A stretch of DNA of 64,000 nucleotides from Octopus sinensis (lineage: Eukaryota). Below the pieces are notes generated by a model. That model saw only the letters and a program-made list of their open reading frames with translations, was not told where the DNA came from and did not search any database. The DNA lies in contig NC_043004.1 of the NCBI RefSeq assembly GCF_006345805.1, positions 69,130,001 to 69,194,000 of the forward strand, given 5' to 3'. Numbering within the stretch: position 1 is the stretch's first letter; every line of letters begins with the position of its first letter. Positions 24,741-37,386 of the stretch are shown here, in pieces. The position numbers were made by a program, and so were the translations under genes.

Positions 24741-26329
24741 TAAGTTTCTGTTAAGCAAAGATTTGTTTTGTGTTGTTAGAATGAATCTTTTTGGCTCTGC
24801 TTTAATCCTAAATCCTGCTACTGATGGTATATTTTTTGGTCTACTTCATCTTTGCTTTGCTTTCCGTACTCCCCATGCAAAGGTTTTATCCTCTCTGGTC
24901 TTCTAATTAGTCTTCATCTTGCGTTTCCTTGGCTGCTCAACCTTTTTACCTTTCGTGACTCCTGTTTTCCTATGTTGCTCACTTCCATACTCATCTTGAC
25001 TTCCCTGCTGCATTTTCTACATTCTTTTGCTAATTTAGTGAAGCATTTTGTTTGTTTCCATCCCCTAGAACGTATTGCAACTCCAATCTTTTGTAAATTC
25101 TAAGTACTTTAACAAGGCTATTGTTGTTGTTGTTTAGGTACATAGAGTACTAAACCACAGCTCAAGTATATCATTCTTCTGCTGCCCTTGCTTCTCTACT
25201 GGTTCAGATGATCAATATCAGCCTTGGAGTAGTGAATTTTGTTGCATGTCACTAACATTCGATGCATAAACAAAGATACAAAGAAAAGAAGAGCAGAAGC
25301 TAAGGCAAGTCATAAAGTGGAAAGAATACAATGCTTAAGGATGGAGGAGTAGGTGAAGTTTGAAAGGCTTGGATTTACATTGTATTTCTCGAATTAAGCA
25401 ATTTAAGCAGCTCTGGAGTAAAATCTTTATCAATACGACATATTTAACGTTTGCATGTAGTTCAACAGCCAGAAGCTGTAGTTATCGCGACTCCCCAATG
25501 TCACGTGCTCGTGTCATTTCCAAAACGAAATAGAATCTGTTTAAAGTATATACAGAGATAACGCGCAAATTGTACAGTGGTTTGCAAAGGAGCCGCATGA
25601 GGAAAATAAAATTCAAATTGTGCAATAGAAACAGCTCTATAGTAAAAAAAAAAATCAATATGACATACTTAACGTATGCCTGTAGTTGACTATCTGTATA
25701 TACTTCAGACTTGCTGATTCGATTTCGTGTCGAAAGTGAAACGCGTACGTGACATGGAGAAGCTGCATCTACAGTGAAATACGAGTCTGTCGTTCTCGTG
25801 ATCACTTCTGGAGCGATTTCGTTTCACCTAGCTCTGAAGGGTATTATGTTGTTTTTTTAGCACAATACATTTATAAAGGGATGCAAGCTCCTTACCCATG
25901 CAGCCTTACCCATAGGAAATACCGCCTATAATAACGATGACACTAAAAATAAATTTCTTTTATATCATCATCATCATCATCGACAACATCACTATCAATA
26001 ATATTGCTATTTTAGTTCCCATTACTTTCTTTTCCTGATTTTATCCCCTTTCATATCTTCTGACATCGATTTTATGATTTTTTTATTTCTATTTCTTGGT
26101 CGTATTTTCGCTTTTATTATATTTCGTCTCTTGTTATTTTCACCTCAATTTTTCTGTTTTCCCCTAAATTACTGGCCCTTTGCCTTAATTACAAACCATT
26201 GTTGTTTTTGCCGTTGTTGTTGTTGTTGTTGCTGCTTTTATCATTATTAATAGTATTACTATCCTTATCTTTTTTTATTGCATATTTTTATAGTTTTAGT
26301 ATTTTTACTGTTAACATTCGTGCCGTCCC

Positions 26330-26511
26330 ATACACACATACGTACGTACAAACACATAGATGCACACACACACACGTATATATATATACATATATATATA
26401 TTATATACATATACACACACATATGTACATATATATATTCTTTTATATATATATATATATATACTTTTATTTTTTTAGGTTTCAGCCCTAAGGCTGTGGT
26501 CATGGTGGGGC

Positions 26512-26563
<52 letters not shown>

Positions 26564-26628
26564 TATATATATATATATATATTATATATATATATTATAT
26601 ATATATATTATATATATAATATATATAT

Positions 26629-26661
<33 letters not shown>

Positions 26662-26687
26662 TATATATATATATAATATATATATAG

Positions 26688-26734
<47 letters not shown>

Positions 26735-27049
26735 ATATATATATATATATACACACAAACATACATACGTACATACACATATATGTATAAATACATACAT
26801 ATATATATACTTACACATACATACTTACATATGTATGTATATATATATGTGTGTGTGTGTGTGAGTGTGTATATTCGTATACATATATCAGTATAGAAAC
26901 ATACAATCATGCATATACACACACATGCATATATATACATATATACTTATATTATACGCATATATATATATATAAAAACACTATGCATACATGTATATAC
27001 ACATTTACACACACACACATACACACACACACCACACACACACACACAC

Positions 27050-27083
<34 letters not shown>

Positions 27084-27086
27084 ATA

Positions 27087-27118
<32 letters not shown>

Positions 27119-27120
27119 CT
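26330..27120. repeat. Compound (TA)n/(CA)n/(TACA)n microsatellite block
   Basis: Direct inspection. Confidence 0.95.
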
Positions 27121-28708
27121 GACATTTTCCTTGCATTCCTTCATCAAAACCAGACAGTCGAGCGACGTTATCAATTTTAGTTTATTCGATCTGATTGTCT
27201 TCTTCCTCTTCCGTTCTATAACTTTCTAATCTCATTGATTGATCTCATCAAGATTGTGACGTAAATGTCTTACTATTCATCAATTTAATCACAAAGTGAA
27301 TAATTATCTGATTGTGCCTGTCTGGATTACAACATTCTTTCTGTCATCATCTAAACCAACAGATCCCCTCCCTCCAATTCGTGTATTTCTTATAGCTTTA
27401 TTGAATGACGTCTACAGATAATGTGAATACGTCACAGTTATCCGGTGAAAACGTCTGGCTGTTGTTCTTTGTTGTTCATCGTTGTCGGGTCGTCTGCGTT
27501 CTCTCAGTTCAAAGAAAGACATCGAATAAATGTATTGGAGCTGACGGTTTGTGTGGGGGAGTAGAGAAATCGACAGGAAAGGAAAAGGAAAAGAAAGTAG
27601 AAAAAAGTAAGAGACACGTAAGTAGCACGAAAGTGTGAAGTGAAGATTAAGAAGAAGGTTAGGATTTGCAGACGTCGACCGAAGCAGTGAGGGCGGTGAA
27701 AGTTAATAGAGATGAATAGATAGTTAGGGAGATATTGATTTATACCCATAACATCAACAGAAACTTTGTCTGGCTTTACGTTCTGAGTTCAAATTTTGTC
27801 GAGGTCGACTTTGCCGTCCATCTTTTCGGAGTAGATAAAATAAGTGACAATTCAATACTGAGATGAAGGTAATTGACTTACCCCGTACCTCAAAATAGCT
27901 GGTCTTGTGTCAAAATCAGAAAAAAATCATTGCCACCACAGGTGAACTGGCAGAATCGTCAGAACGTTAGTGGCGTTTTCTCCGGCTCTTTATGTTATGA
28001 GTTCAAATTCCATCGAGCTCGACTTTACATTTCATCTTTGCGAAGTCGATAAAATACATACCAGTTAAACTCGCAGGCCGTTGTAGTAGGCTCCGTAACT
28101 TCTAATATAGCCTGGCCTTGAGCCTGAAGTCGTAATTATCATCACTACCGATATAATAACACATATTACTCATCTTGCCAGTATTTCCTGTCAACATCTT
28201 TTTATGTCATAGCCACCTTTACCTCCAAAGTATTCGTTTGTACAACTAACAACCAGCATTGTAGCTGGATGTAGGGATTGTCCGCTCCGTGCGACTCCTT
28301 TGTAAAGAGCAGGGGCACAGGGGGCGCCAAATTCAAGAGCTACGCTGAGCAGGGCACACTCAGCTACGCTTCAGCAAGCAATTAGGTTCTGTTTACGTGC
28401 TTGCGGTTCGAGCCTGATCTGCAGGTGGATAGGTGTTGCAACGAAGTTTCTGAAACAGTTGTCAGGCTCCTCTTCGGCATATGAGAGGAGGGGAAAATAT
28501 ACCCGAAAGGTCGGAGGATTGAAAGTCAACGTTGACGCCGGCAGAATTTGAACTCGGAAACTAATGAGTCAGATGAAATACTGCTAAGCATTTTATTCAA
28601 CGTTCTAACGATTCTGCGAGTTTGTCGCCTTTGAAACAGAAATAATGGAATCGATCAAGTATTAGCATTTACATAAGAAGGAAAGAGAAAAAAAACACGA
28701 GAGAGAGG

Positions 28709-28719
<11 letters not shown>

Positions 28720-28786
<67 letters not shown>

Positions 28787-29200
28787 AAGCTAACGAAAAA
28801 CAAAAGGAGATAGGAAAAAATAAGACATGACTGGTAAATAGTAGTGGCAATGTTGTTGTGGTTGTTGTAGTTGTAGTGATGGTGGTGGTGGTGATAGTTG
28901 TGGTTGTTCTTGTGGCGGCGATCGTGGTAGCGGTGGTAGAGAGGGTCCTCGCTGTAGTGGTGGTGGTGGTAGTTGTGGTAGTAGTGGTTGTCCTGGTGGC
29001 AGTGGCGGCTGCGTAGGCGGCGTTGGTGGAAGTGGTATTGATGTTTATTTGTTGGTGATGATAAAATGGCGGGTGGTGACGTTTGTTTGATGATTCTATT
29101 CGGAAGTATTGGCTGGTTTATTAGTGATGGGTGTCGACCATTGTTTGTTTGTTTGATTGTTGTCGGTACACATAGTATCAGTTGTGGTGGCAGTAACCAC
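28720..29200. repeat. (GA)n/(GATA)n followed by GGT/GTT-rich low-complexity tract
   Basis: Direct inspection. Confidence 0.85.
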
Positions 29201-31246
29201 ATTGCTCCTTTACACTTTTTTCCCTCTCTATTACGATTTCCACTATTCAGTTTCTTTACAGCGATTTAAGTTTATTCAAATATTTTCGGTTATTTTACAC
29301 GTAATAGTTCACATTGCTGTATAATATATATATTGTTTGCAAATCATGTTATCATAGATACGATGATAAATGAAAGACAGGATAAGTAAATAATACTTTT
29401 AAATTATTACTGGGGAAAATGAATAAGCTGTTTTCATTAGTTATATCCTGCTGTATATTTCTAATTTAAATAATAGTTACAAATGAAGAAAATAAATACG
29501 AAACACATTTAATTGTCGGATCTCGTATGTTAAAAAAGGATTATATTTTTGGAAGGGACAGTATTAATAGAATAAGTTGTTTTTATGTATTTATATTCGT
29601 ATGTAAATTGAACTTTCTAATTATATTTTAATGTAAGTATTTCAAATATACAGGTTATAAATCTATAGATTTCAGTACACCGTAGGAGTGAGTCAACATT
29701 TAATGTTATTCATGCATAGAAATCTGTATAATATATACTTACCCTACAGAGAAGAGAGGAAAATATATATTATCCAAATAATTTATTGCAATCTCTAATA
29801 GGTATTTTCGTGTTCACTTATAATTATATCGAAAATCATGGAAATAATTTCAATACTAAAAGTCGTGTAATTCAAAGACGGCCATTACGATTTGCAGGTT
29901 AACCATGATACGCTTTTTAAAAATAATGGTAGTTATTATACTGTTTTTAAGTTTTGGAACGAGGCCAGCAAATTCGGGGGAGGGGGTAAATCGATTATAT
30001 CTCAGCTGGTACTTATTTTATCGACCCCGAAAGGATGAAAGGTAAAATCGATCTCGATGGAATTTGAACTCGGAACGTAATGATGGACGAAATGTCGCAA
30101 AGTATTTTGCCCAGTGTGCTAACGGTTCGGCTAGTTCACCGCCTTAATTGCATCTACTATATTCGGACATTGTACTAGGTGCACTAGCATAGCTGGAGGT
30201 GGGGGCAGTAGGCGCGCTTGGATCTTTTCCTTTTGAACGGCAGATGTCAACACAATTGTGGATCTTTTCCTTTAGATAGACAGAATTCAACCCAATTTCT
30301 AGTTAACTAAACAATTTGAAACTTCGTATACTGGTAGAATGTGTCAAAAGAAAAGATTATTTTCACTTGGCTTTTTTGATAAATTTGTAATTTGTAAGTT
30401 TAACGTAGTTTAATTCTTCGAATCTTAACCAATGAATCGCCAGTATTTGAGCTCAAATCATTTGTTAAAAGTGAAACGTTTCTCTATTTTATGTCAGATA
30501 CTTTCACTTTAACAATAAAAATAATAATAACAATTGAATTATATGTAGTAAGTAATAATTAAAATCAAACTAAAGTACAATATAATCGTAACATAACAAA
30601 AGTAAAAATAGCAACTGGTATAAAATTGCATCAATGACTTGAACTTGATTAAGTGGTTTCACATGAATGGGAATAAATTAAAAATAAAATTAGCGTGCAG
30701 AAATGGAATTGTCCAGATAGATAATAAAAAATTAAATTAAATAAACGACTATTGTCTATAAAGTATACAATGTAGAGAAAAAAGATTTGAACACATGGAG
30801 GAAAGCACCTTCGGAAAGTGTCTTGGTGTGACTATGAAAGGTATCTAATCAGAGGCGGTAAATTCGTCACAATAGAAGCAACGTTCGAGTCAACGGAGCG
30901 TGCAAGGGAGTACTCGACTCGAACTTGCAAAGTGGAAATATTTTATTTTTACCTTTATATCTGGGAAGTAGGACGTCCCGGAAAAGATTTAAAATGCCCC
31001 CCCCCCAGAAGTAGATGTAGGCTGGATTGTAGCCACACTTCTATACAAGAGGGGGGGGGGGCAAGATACAATTGATCGAAATTGCAAGAGGCGGGCTAAC
31101 AATTCCAGTCTGTTATATATTTTGAGTAGTGTTATCACTAGCGATATCAAGATATAACTTTGTATTTTGTATTTTATGTGTAGATGTATATATATAGATG
31201 TACATGTAATATGTACACATATATATATATACACATATATACATGC

Positions 31247-31288
31247 ACTAGCACTATGACCCGGCAACGACGGGTCTTTAATGCTAGT
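31247..31288. other. Symmetric Helitron-type 3' terminus motif
   Basis: aCTAGcactat-gacccg gcaacga cgggtc-tttaatgCTAGt: hairpin with CTAG|T 6-7 nt away on both strands. Confidence 0.55.
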
Positions 31289-32358
31289 ATATATATATAT
31301 ATATATATATTCACACACACGCTGGACTTTAAATTTTACTAACAATGTTCTGGTCAACCCGGGGATATAGTAGAAGACACCTGCCCAAGATGCCGCGCAG
31401 TGGGATTGAACCCGAATCCATATAGCTGTAAAACGAGCCACGCTTGCACTTGCAAGAAAAAAGAAAAAGGAAAAGCAAAAAGATGTTCTAAGCATGCATC
31501 CCCCTCGTCTTTCTCTCGGATGGTACGGATGGTACGTCTCTTATTTTTTCTGTTTTTATTTTATGACGGTTGAGTGTATCTTGTTGCTATTTCTAGCTGG
31601 TCTGGCATCTATGTAAGGCCTCGTCCACAAGAGAGTTTGTTTTTCCTTACAGACACTCCGCAGATTTTCTAATAAACTCAACAGCTGACAATTATATCCG
31701 TTACTGCAAATTTTAAAACTTTAAGAATTCAATAAAAAACATTAACGATGTAAACAAAAACAAAAAAAAAATCTGAGCCAGAATCAATTCCTTCAATATT
31801 GGATCTAATGTGTTTATTTACATCAAATCATTTTTATTTTGTTTTTTTTTTACAAGAAAAAAAAAGACAGAAATACGATAAAACATTTTAAGATAAAGAG
31901 TAAAAACAAAAACAAAAAAGAAACTATTCGAATCTTTTTTTCTAATTTGCTTTGCTTTGCTTGTTTAATATATTCAAGTGTGGAAGAAAGTATTAGAAAT
32001 AATTGTTAGTTTGTCTGAAAAAATGGCAGTTCCACAATAATCTGACGATATTTTATTTTATTTAATGAAAAAAAAGAAGGAAAAAATAAGGAAAATTTAC
32101 AAAAGTAAACATTTAAAAAATGGGGAAAAGGAAAAGGATGAAAAAATGTTAGTAGGCCCAGAAGTGGCTGTGTGGTTAAGACACTTTCTTGTAACTACAT
32201 AGCTTTCGGTTCAGTCCCATTACGTGTCATTTTTAGTTAGAGTTTTCTATACTGCTCCAGATCACCGAGCAATGACTTATGAGTCAATTTGGTCGACGGT
32301 AACTGTGTGGAAGCCGGTTGTATACATGCATACATACATACATACATACATACATACA

Positions 32359-32452
<94 letters not shown>

Positions 32453-32504
32453 GTATATATATATATGTATATATATATATGTATATATATATATGTATAT
32501 GTAT

Positions 32505-32536
<32 letters not shown>

Positions 32537-32592
32537 ATATATATATATATATACATATACTTTATTTAAAGCAGCAGAAAATTCAACAAAAT

Positions 32593-32630
32593 CTGTTACT
32601 CTGAGTTTCTCGTTGCCGTTCATCAGACAG
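32593..32630 (-). ncRNA. Minimal type I hammerhead-ribozyme-like motif (Penelope-associated)
   Basis: Minus strand: ctgt-CUGAUGA-a cg GCAA cg a-GAAA-cucagag-UA-acag; stem I ctgt/acag, palindromic stem III, GUA cleavage triplet; stem II closing pair mismatched. Confidence 0.6.
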
Positions 32631-32646
32631 TTTTTGCTAGAATGGC

Positions 32647-32677
<31 letters not shown>

Positions 32678-32862
32678 AATTGCAGCACGAAATTTTGTCA
32701 GTGAACAGGTCGCGGTCTCAAAGCGACGAAAATATTTTGACAAATTAAATTTAAATGTTGAAGTGAATCTAACGGTTTTGTGTGTTTCTTAAATGGCTTA
32801 TAAACACCTTCCACACTGCAACTGTTTTCGTTCCAGCACACGATTTCAGATCAAGTATTCGC

Positions 32863-32934
<72 letters not shown>

Positions 32935-32936
<2 letters not shown>

Positions 32937-33609
32937 ACGATGTCCTATTAATAAGTATCCGGACTCTAAAGCACGCAGAGTGAGGCCGCTTGGCACAGAC
33001 TTTGATGTGAAAAGATTGCAGCCAACAATGAAACACGGCAGCTACTCTGTGATGATCTGAGGAGCAATTTGGAGTAATGGATTATCAGAGCTGGTGGAAT
33101 GTGAGGGAAACACAAACTCAGATAAATATGTCTCCATATTGCAGAAAGCGCTCCTTCCAATCTTCTCCAGTGGTGAAATGATTAATGAACATTCTTTATT
33201 TATGCAAGATGGGACTCCTTGTCACACAGTTAAAATGACCTAAGACTTGTTGGATGAGAATGGCATTAGAAAGCTTCCATGGCCAAACCAGTCATCAGAT
33301 ATGAACCTTATTGAACGCTTCTGGGACATAATGGACAGGATACTTCATAAAAAGAACAAGAAAGCATCTTCAAAGCCAGATCTTTTGAGATTACTGCATG
33401 AAACTTGGCAAGAAATTCCTCAAGAGAATATTCGTCATCTGATCAGTAACATACCTAATATGGTCCTTGCACTGGAAAATGCAAAGGGCATGTCTGCTAA
33501 ATATTAAATATTCACATTATAACAATTCATAAATAATTTGAATGTATAATTTCAGATTTAAATAAATTTCAATGATTATAAGGATGTCTATTTACTTCTG
33601 TCATGTCTG
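32935..33609 (+). mobile_element. Tc1 (DD34E) transposase C-terminal fragment
   Basis: LQPTMKHG..VMI*GAI, LFMQDGTPCHT, LPWPNQSSDMNLIERFW, AKGMSAKY. Confidence 0.9.
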
Positions 33610-34047
33610 TATATAAACACTTTTGCTCCCCTTGTAAGTAAGTAATACTGGAATCGATTCGTTCGACGAACATTCTTCAAAGCAGTGCCCCAGTATGGCC
33701 GCAATCTAATGACTGAAACAATTAAAAATATAAACATGCACGTCTATTTGATTAAACATAGCATTAAAAGACCCTGGAGTTCCTCTCTAAAAGGTTTTGA
33801 GGCAACTCCAAGCCCTCACTGTATCGTGGCGGGTGATCACGATCCTGTGAGGCATTGAAACACTCAGGGACCCTCACTTACGAACATCCTGTATAATACT
33901 TACGAGCTTTAAGAAATTTCTACAGTTCTTCAGTCTTTTATTCTGTCCAGTTTTACGGATATTGTAACTCCTTTCGCACTGCAATGATTACTGTCATTGG
34001 ATATCGACTGGTTTTTCACTGAATTGAATATGAGTAAAATAATACTG

Positions 34048-34695
34048 TTTGATAAATCAATCGCATTTGATAAATCAACCGCATTTGATAAATCAACCGC
34101 ATTTGATAAATCAACCGCATTTGATAAATCAACCGCATTTGATAAATTAATCGCATTTGATAAATCAACCGCATTTGATAAATCAATCGCATTTGATAAA
34201 TCAACCGCATTTGATAAATCAATCGCATTTGATAAATCAACCGCATTTGATAAATCAACCGCATTTGATAAATCAACCGCATTTGATAAATTAATCGCAT
34301 TTGATAAATCAACCGCATTTGATAAATCAATCGCATTTGATAAATCAACCGCATTTGATAAATCAACCGCATTTGATAAATCAACCGCATTTGATAAATC
34401 AACCGCATTTGATAAATCAATCGCATTTGATAAATCAATCGCATTTGATAAATCAATCGCATTTGATAAATCAACCGCATTTGATAAATCAATCGCATTT
34501 GATAAATCAACCGCATTTGATAAATCAACCGCATTTGATAAATCAATCGCATTTGATAAATCAACCGCATTTGATAAATCAACCGCATTTGATAAATCAA
34601 CCGCATTTGATAAATCAATCGCATTTGATAAATCAACCGCATTTGATAAATCAATCGCATTTGATAAATCAACCGCATTTGATAAATCAATTGCA
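34048..34695. repeat. Minisatellite, 36 x 18 bp (tttgataaatcaa(c/t)cgca)
   Basis: 216 codons of FDKS(T/I)A or FDKLIA in the ORF track equals 36 units; each unit contains TTGAT-AA-ATCAA. Confidence 0.97.
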
Positions 34696-34699
34696 GCTG

Positions 34700-35165
34700 T
34701 TTAAGGCGACGAGCTGGCAGAATCGTTAGAACGCTGGGCAAAATGCTTGGCGGTATTTCGTCTGTCGCTACGTTCTGAGTCCAAATTCCGCCGAGGTCGA
34801 CTTCGCCTTTCATCCTTTCGGGGTTGATTAAATAAGTACCAGTTACGCACTGGAGTGGATATAATCAACTTAATCCGTTTGTCTGTCCTTGTTTGTTCCC
34901 TCTATATTTAGCCCCTTGTGGTTAGTAAAGAAATAGGTATTTCGTCTGTCTTTATGCTCTGAGTTCAAATGTCGCTGGGATCGATAAAATAAGTATCAAT
35001 TGAAGAGTGGGGTCGAATTAATAGAGTCCCCCAACCCCAACCCCAACCCACAAAATTGCTGATCTTGTGCCAAAATTTGAAGCTAATATATCATAGTTGC
35101 TTAAGGCGGCGACGCCGGGGGAAAAGTTTGGCGGCATTTCGTCCGTCTTCACGTTCTGAGTTCAA
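34700..35165 (+). mobile_element. Nin/Deu-like SINE with partial tandem units
   Basis: aaggcgacgagctggcagaatcgttag head directly after the minisatellite; agaaataggtatttcgtctg junction at ~34930. Confidence 0.85.
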
Positions 35166-35619
35166 ATTCCTGTACAACATTTGATTATTGTTTTTTGAAA
35201 TTTGAATAAATGTTAGGTTTTCAGATTTATGACAATGGAGTGCCACTGTCGTACGAAAAAAACAAAACAAACCAACGAATTTATCTGATATTCCATTACA
35301 TATGTAGTTGAAGGTATATTATATTTAAGGAAGGGGCAGTCAACTTGGTTACCGACAAGATGGCCAACCTCCACCTACCAAAAGGTAGCAACTAAATCTT
35401 TCTCAAATCTCAACCTACTTTAAAAATAAGGGTCACTCAGAACAATGGAATTATGGGTAAATAGTTATGGTAAATGGCATGGTTGGAATGTCTTTCACCA
35501 TTAATGGCCTTGGATTAAAGAAGCTTGGCAGTGACTCAATAAACGTGTAGGACCAGGCAGCTAATATCACGTTCTCGTTAATTGATTAATGTGTCTATGT
35601 AGTCACGAGCAATCATAGT

Positions 35620-35690
35620 CTCTTCCGCGACCCTTCCGCCCTTGACTCAGCGGAGCATCGTGGACGTGACAGCAGAAGGGGGCGGAGACA
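35620..35690. promoter_or_regulatory. GC-rich motif cluster (two GC boxes, AP-1, CRE-like)
   Basis: CCGCCC 35636-35641, TGACTCA 35643-35649, ggacgtgac, GGGGGCGG 35678-35685 in an AT-rich background, ~600 bp upstream of the candidate exons. Confidence 0.3.
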
Positions 35691-36295
35691 GGGAGAAAAA
35701 GTGAAAGCGAGAGCAGTACCAGCACTAGGATGGTCCTCATTTTCAGCTAAGTAAACTGGAGGAAGGCGAAATAAAAGTGCTTTGCTCATTGACACAACAC
35801 ATCACCCGACCCAGACATCGAACTCACAACTTTACTATCATGCGACCAACGCTTCACGAATGCTATTTTATGATGAACAAAACCGATTCGGCAAGATTTG
35901 AATTAAAATACAAATTTAGACATAAATATCGAGAATACACAGTGTGTAGGATATAGAATGAAGAATATAAAATATACTAACTGACCCTGTGTCGTAAAAA
36001 ATGACGGCTAATTGTTGTATTTTATATATAAATAAGATACAAAACCAAGTTTTTAGTTTAATAATTCTTTTATTATCAATTTTATAATATACCTTTCAAC
36101 TTCAGTCGTTTTATATTCTTCATACACTCAGGCAATAATTATTTTCTCGAATGAGTTTGTATATGTATACGTTTGTGTAGGTGTGTGTGATTGTAATAAT
36201 TATTTTTAACAAAACAAATAGAATATGGATGGTAAATCAAATTAAAACACCTGTCAATGTTATCTAGTGGTTGTCTTTTGAGATGTGACATCGAT

Positions 36296-36412
36296 CATCG
36301 TTTGTTACTGAAAGAACGCTGGTGAGTATATGTGTGTATGTGTGTGCGTGTACAAGGGAAGTATGTGAGTGTTTGTATGTGTGAACCAGCGTTCTTTCAG
36401 TAACAAACGATG
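36296..36412 (+). other. Perfect 28-bp inverted repeat enclosing a putative 79-nt intron (36322-36400)
   Basis: catcgtttgttactgaaagaacgctggt (36296-36323) is the exact reverse complement of 36385-36412; donor G|GTGAGTA, acceptor gttctttcag|. Confidence 0.8.
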
Positions 36413-36447
36413 GTGCGCGGGTGTTGAAATGCATCGTTGTTTCCTAA

Positions 36448-36733
36448 ATGGTTGAGTCTCCCTGCGACCCCTGGTGCTGGAGTTCGCTGGTAAATGAAGG
36501 AAGAGAAGGGTTTGAGGAATTTACACGTGGGTTGTTTCGGGCAATGAAAAGAAGCTCTCAGAAACGGCAGTTAATAGTACAGTCCAAATTGTCAGAAACA
36601 TCAACAATGGACTTAGAGACATCCACCGATGAAGACATAAGGCTATCATCGAGTGCCGGAGCAAGTGGAGAGTCCAGCTTGGAAGTGACTGGGATGGAAC
36701 ATGAGACCCGGAGGAGAGTATCGGTGGCTCCTG
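36448..36733 (+). CDS. Candidate first coding exon (95 codons, phase 1), unknown product
   Basis: Non-repetitive protein-like ORF MVESPCDPW..EGFEEFTRGLFRAMKRSSQKR..RRRVSVAP ending at CTG|GTAACA; two short uORFs upstream; no family recognised. Confidence 0.45.
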
Positions 36734-36944
36734 GTAACATAATCATAGTTGCAAGATTAGATTCTAAAGAAGCGGAAGTTAATGTAGATATTATTGTTAA
36801 GGACATTCTCGCTATGATTATTGCTGTTGTTGTTGTTCTTCTTCTTGTTCTTGTTCTTGTTCTTCTTGTTCTTCTTGTTGTTGTTGTTGTTGTTCTTCTT
36901 CTTCTTGTTCCAATCAGGACTCACGCCATTGGCCACAAATAATA

Positions 36945-37386
36945 ATCTCTAGTTCGAGCCTACTCTAGGCTACTAAGAATGCGTGTGGCAACTTGAAGAT
37001 CCACGCATCACACGCGACAGACTGGCGGTTGCACGGGCGCGAAAGCTACGTTGTTATCCTCATTCTGTAAACGGTGGCTTTTAACGGGTTGAGAGCTGAA
37101 CCATCCTGGGGTACAGAGGATTCGCAATCTAGACTAGGGTCTGAAAGTTTACCACACCATAGTGGGTTACACCATGGTTCCTTTGCTTTGTGGCAGAAGT
37201 AGGAAGAAAGAGTGAGAGAAAGTTGTAGTGAAAGAGTACAGCGAGGTTCACCCCACACCACTGGAGCCTCGTGGAGCTTAGGTGCTTTTGCTCAATAAAC
37301 ACTCACAATGCCCAGTCTGGGAATCGAAACCGCGTTCTTACGACCGCGAGTCCGCTGCCCTAACCATTGGGCCATTGCGCCTCCAC
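36945..37386 (-). mobile_element. SINE family 2 head with a third tail type (c)
   Basis: Head and body as 8874; diverges after ctttcttcct into acttctgccacaaagc..gcgtggatcttcaag. Confidence 0.75.

Noticed and set aside
33997-34704. 235-aa FDKSTA-repeat ORF (and QMRLIY and INQPHL frames) as a protein, neuropeptide precursor or CRISPR array
   Set aside because: An 18-bp unit without a stop keeps frames open automatically; there are no dibasic or amidation sites, no signal peptide, no unique spacers and no cas genes.
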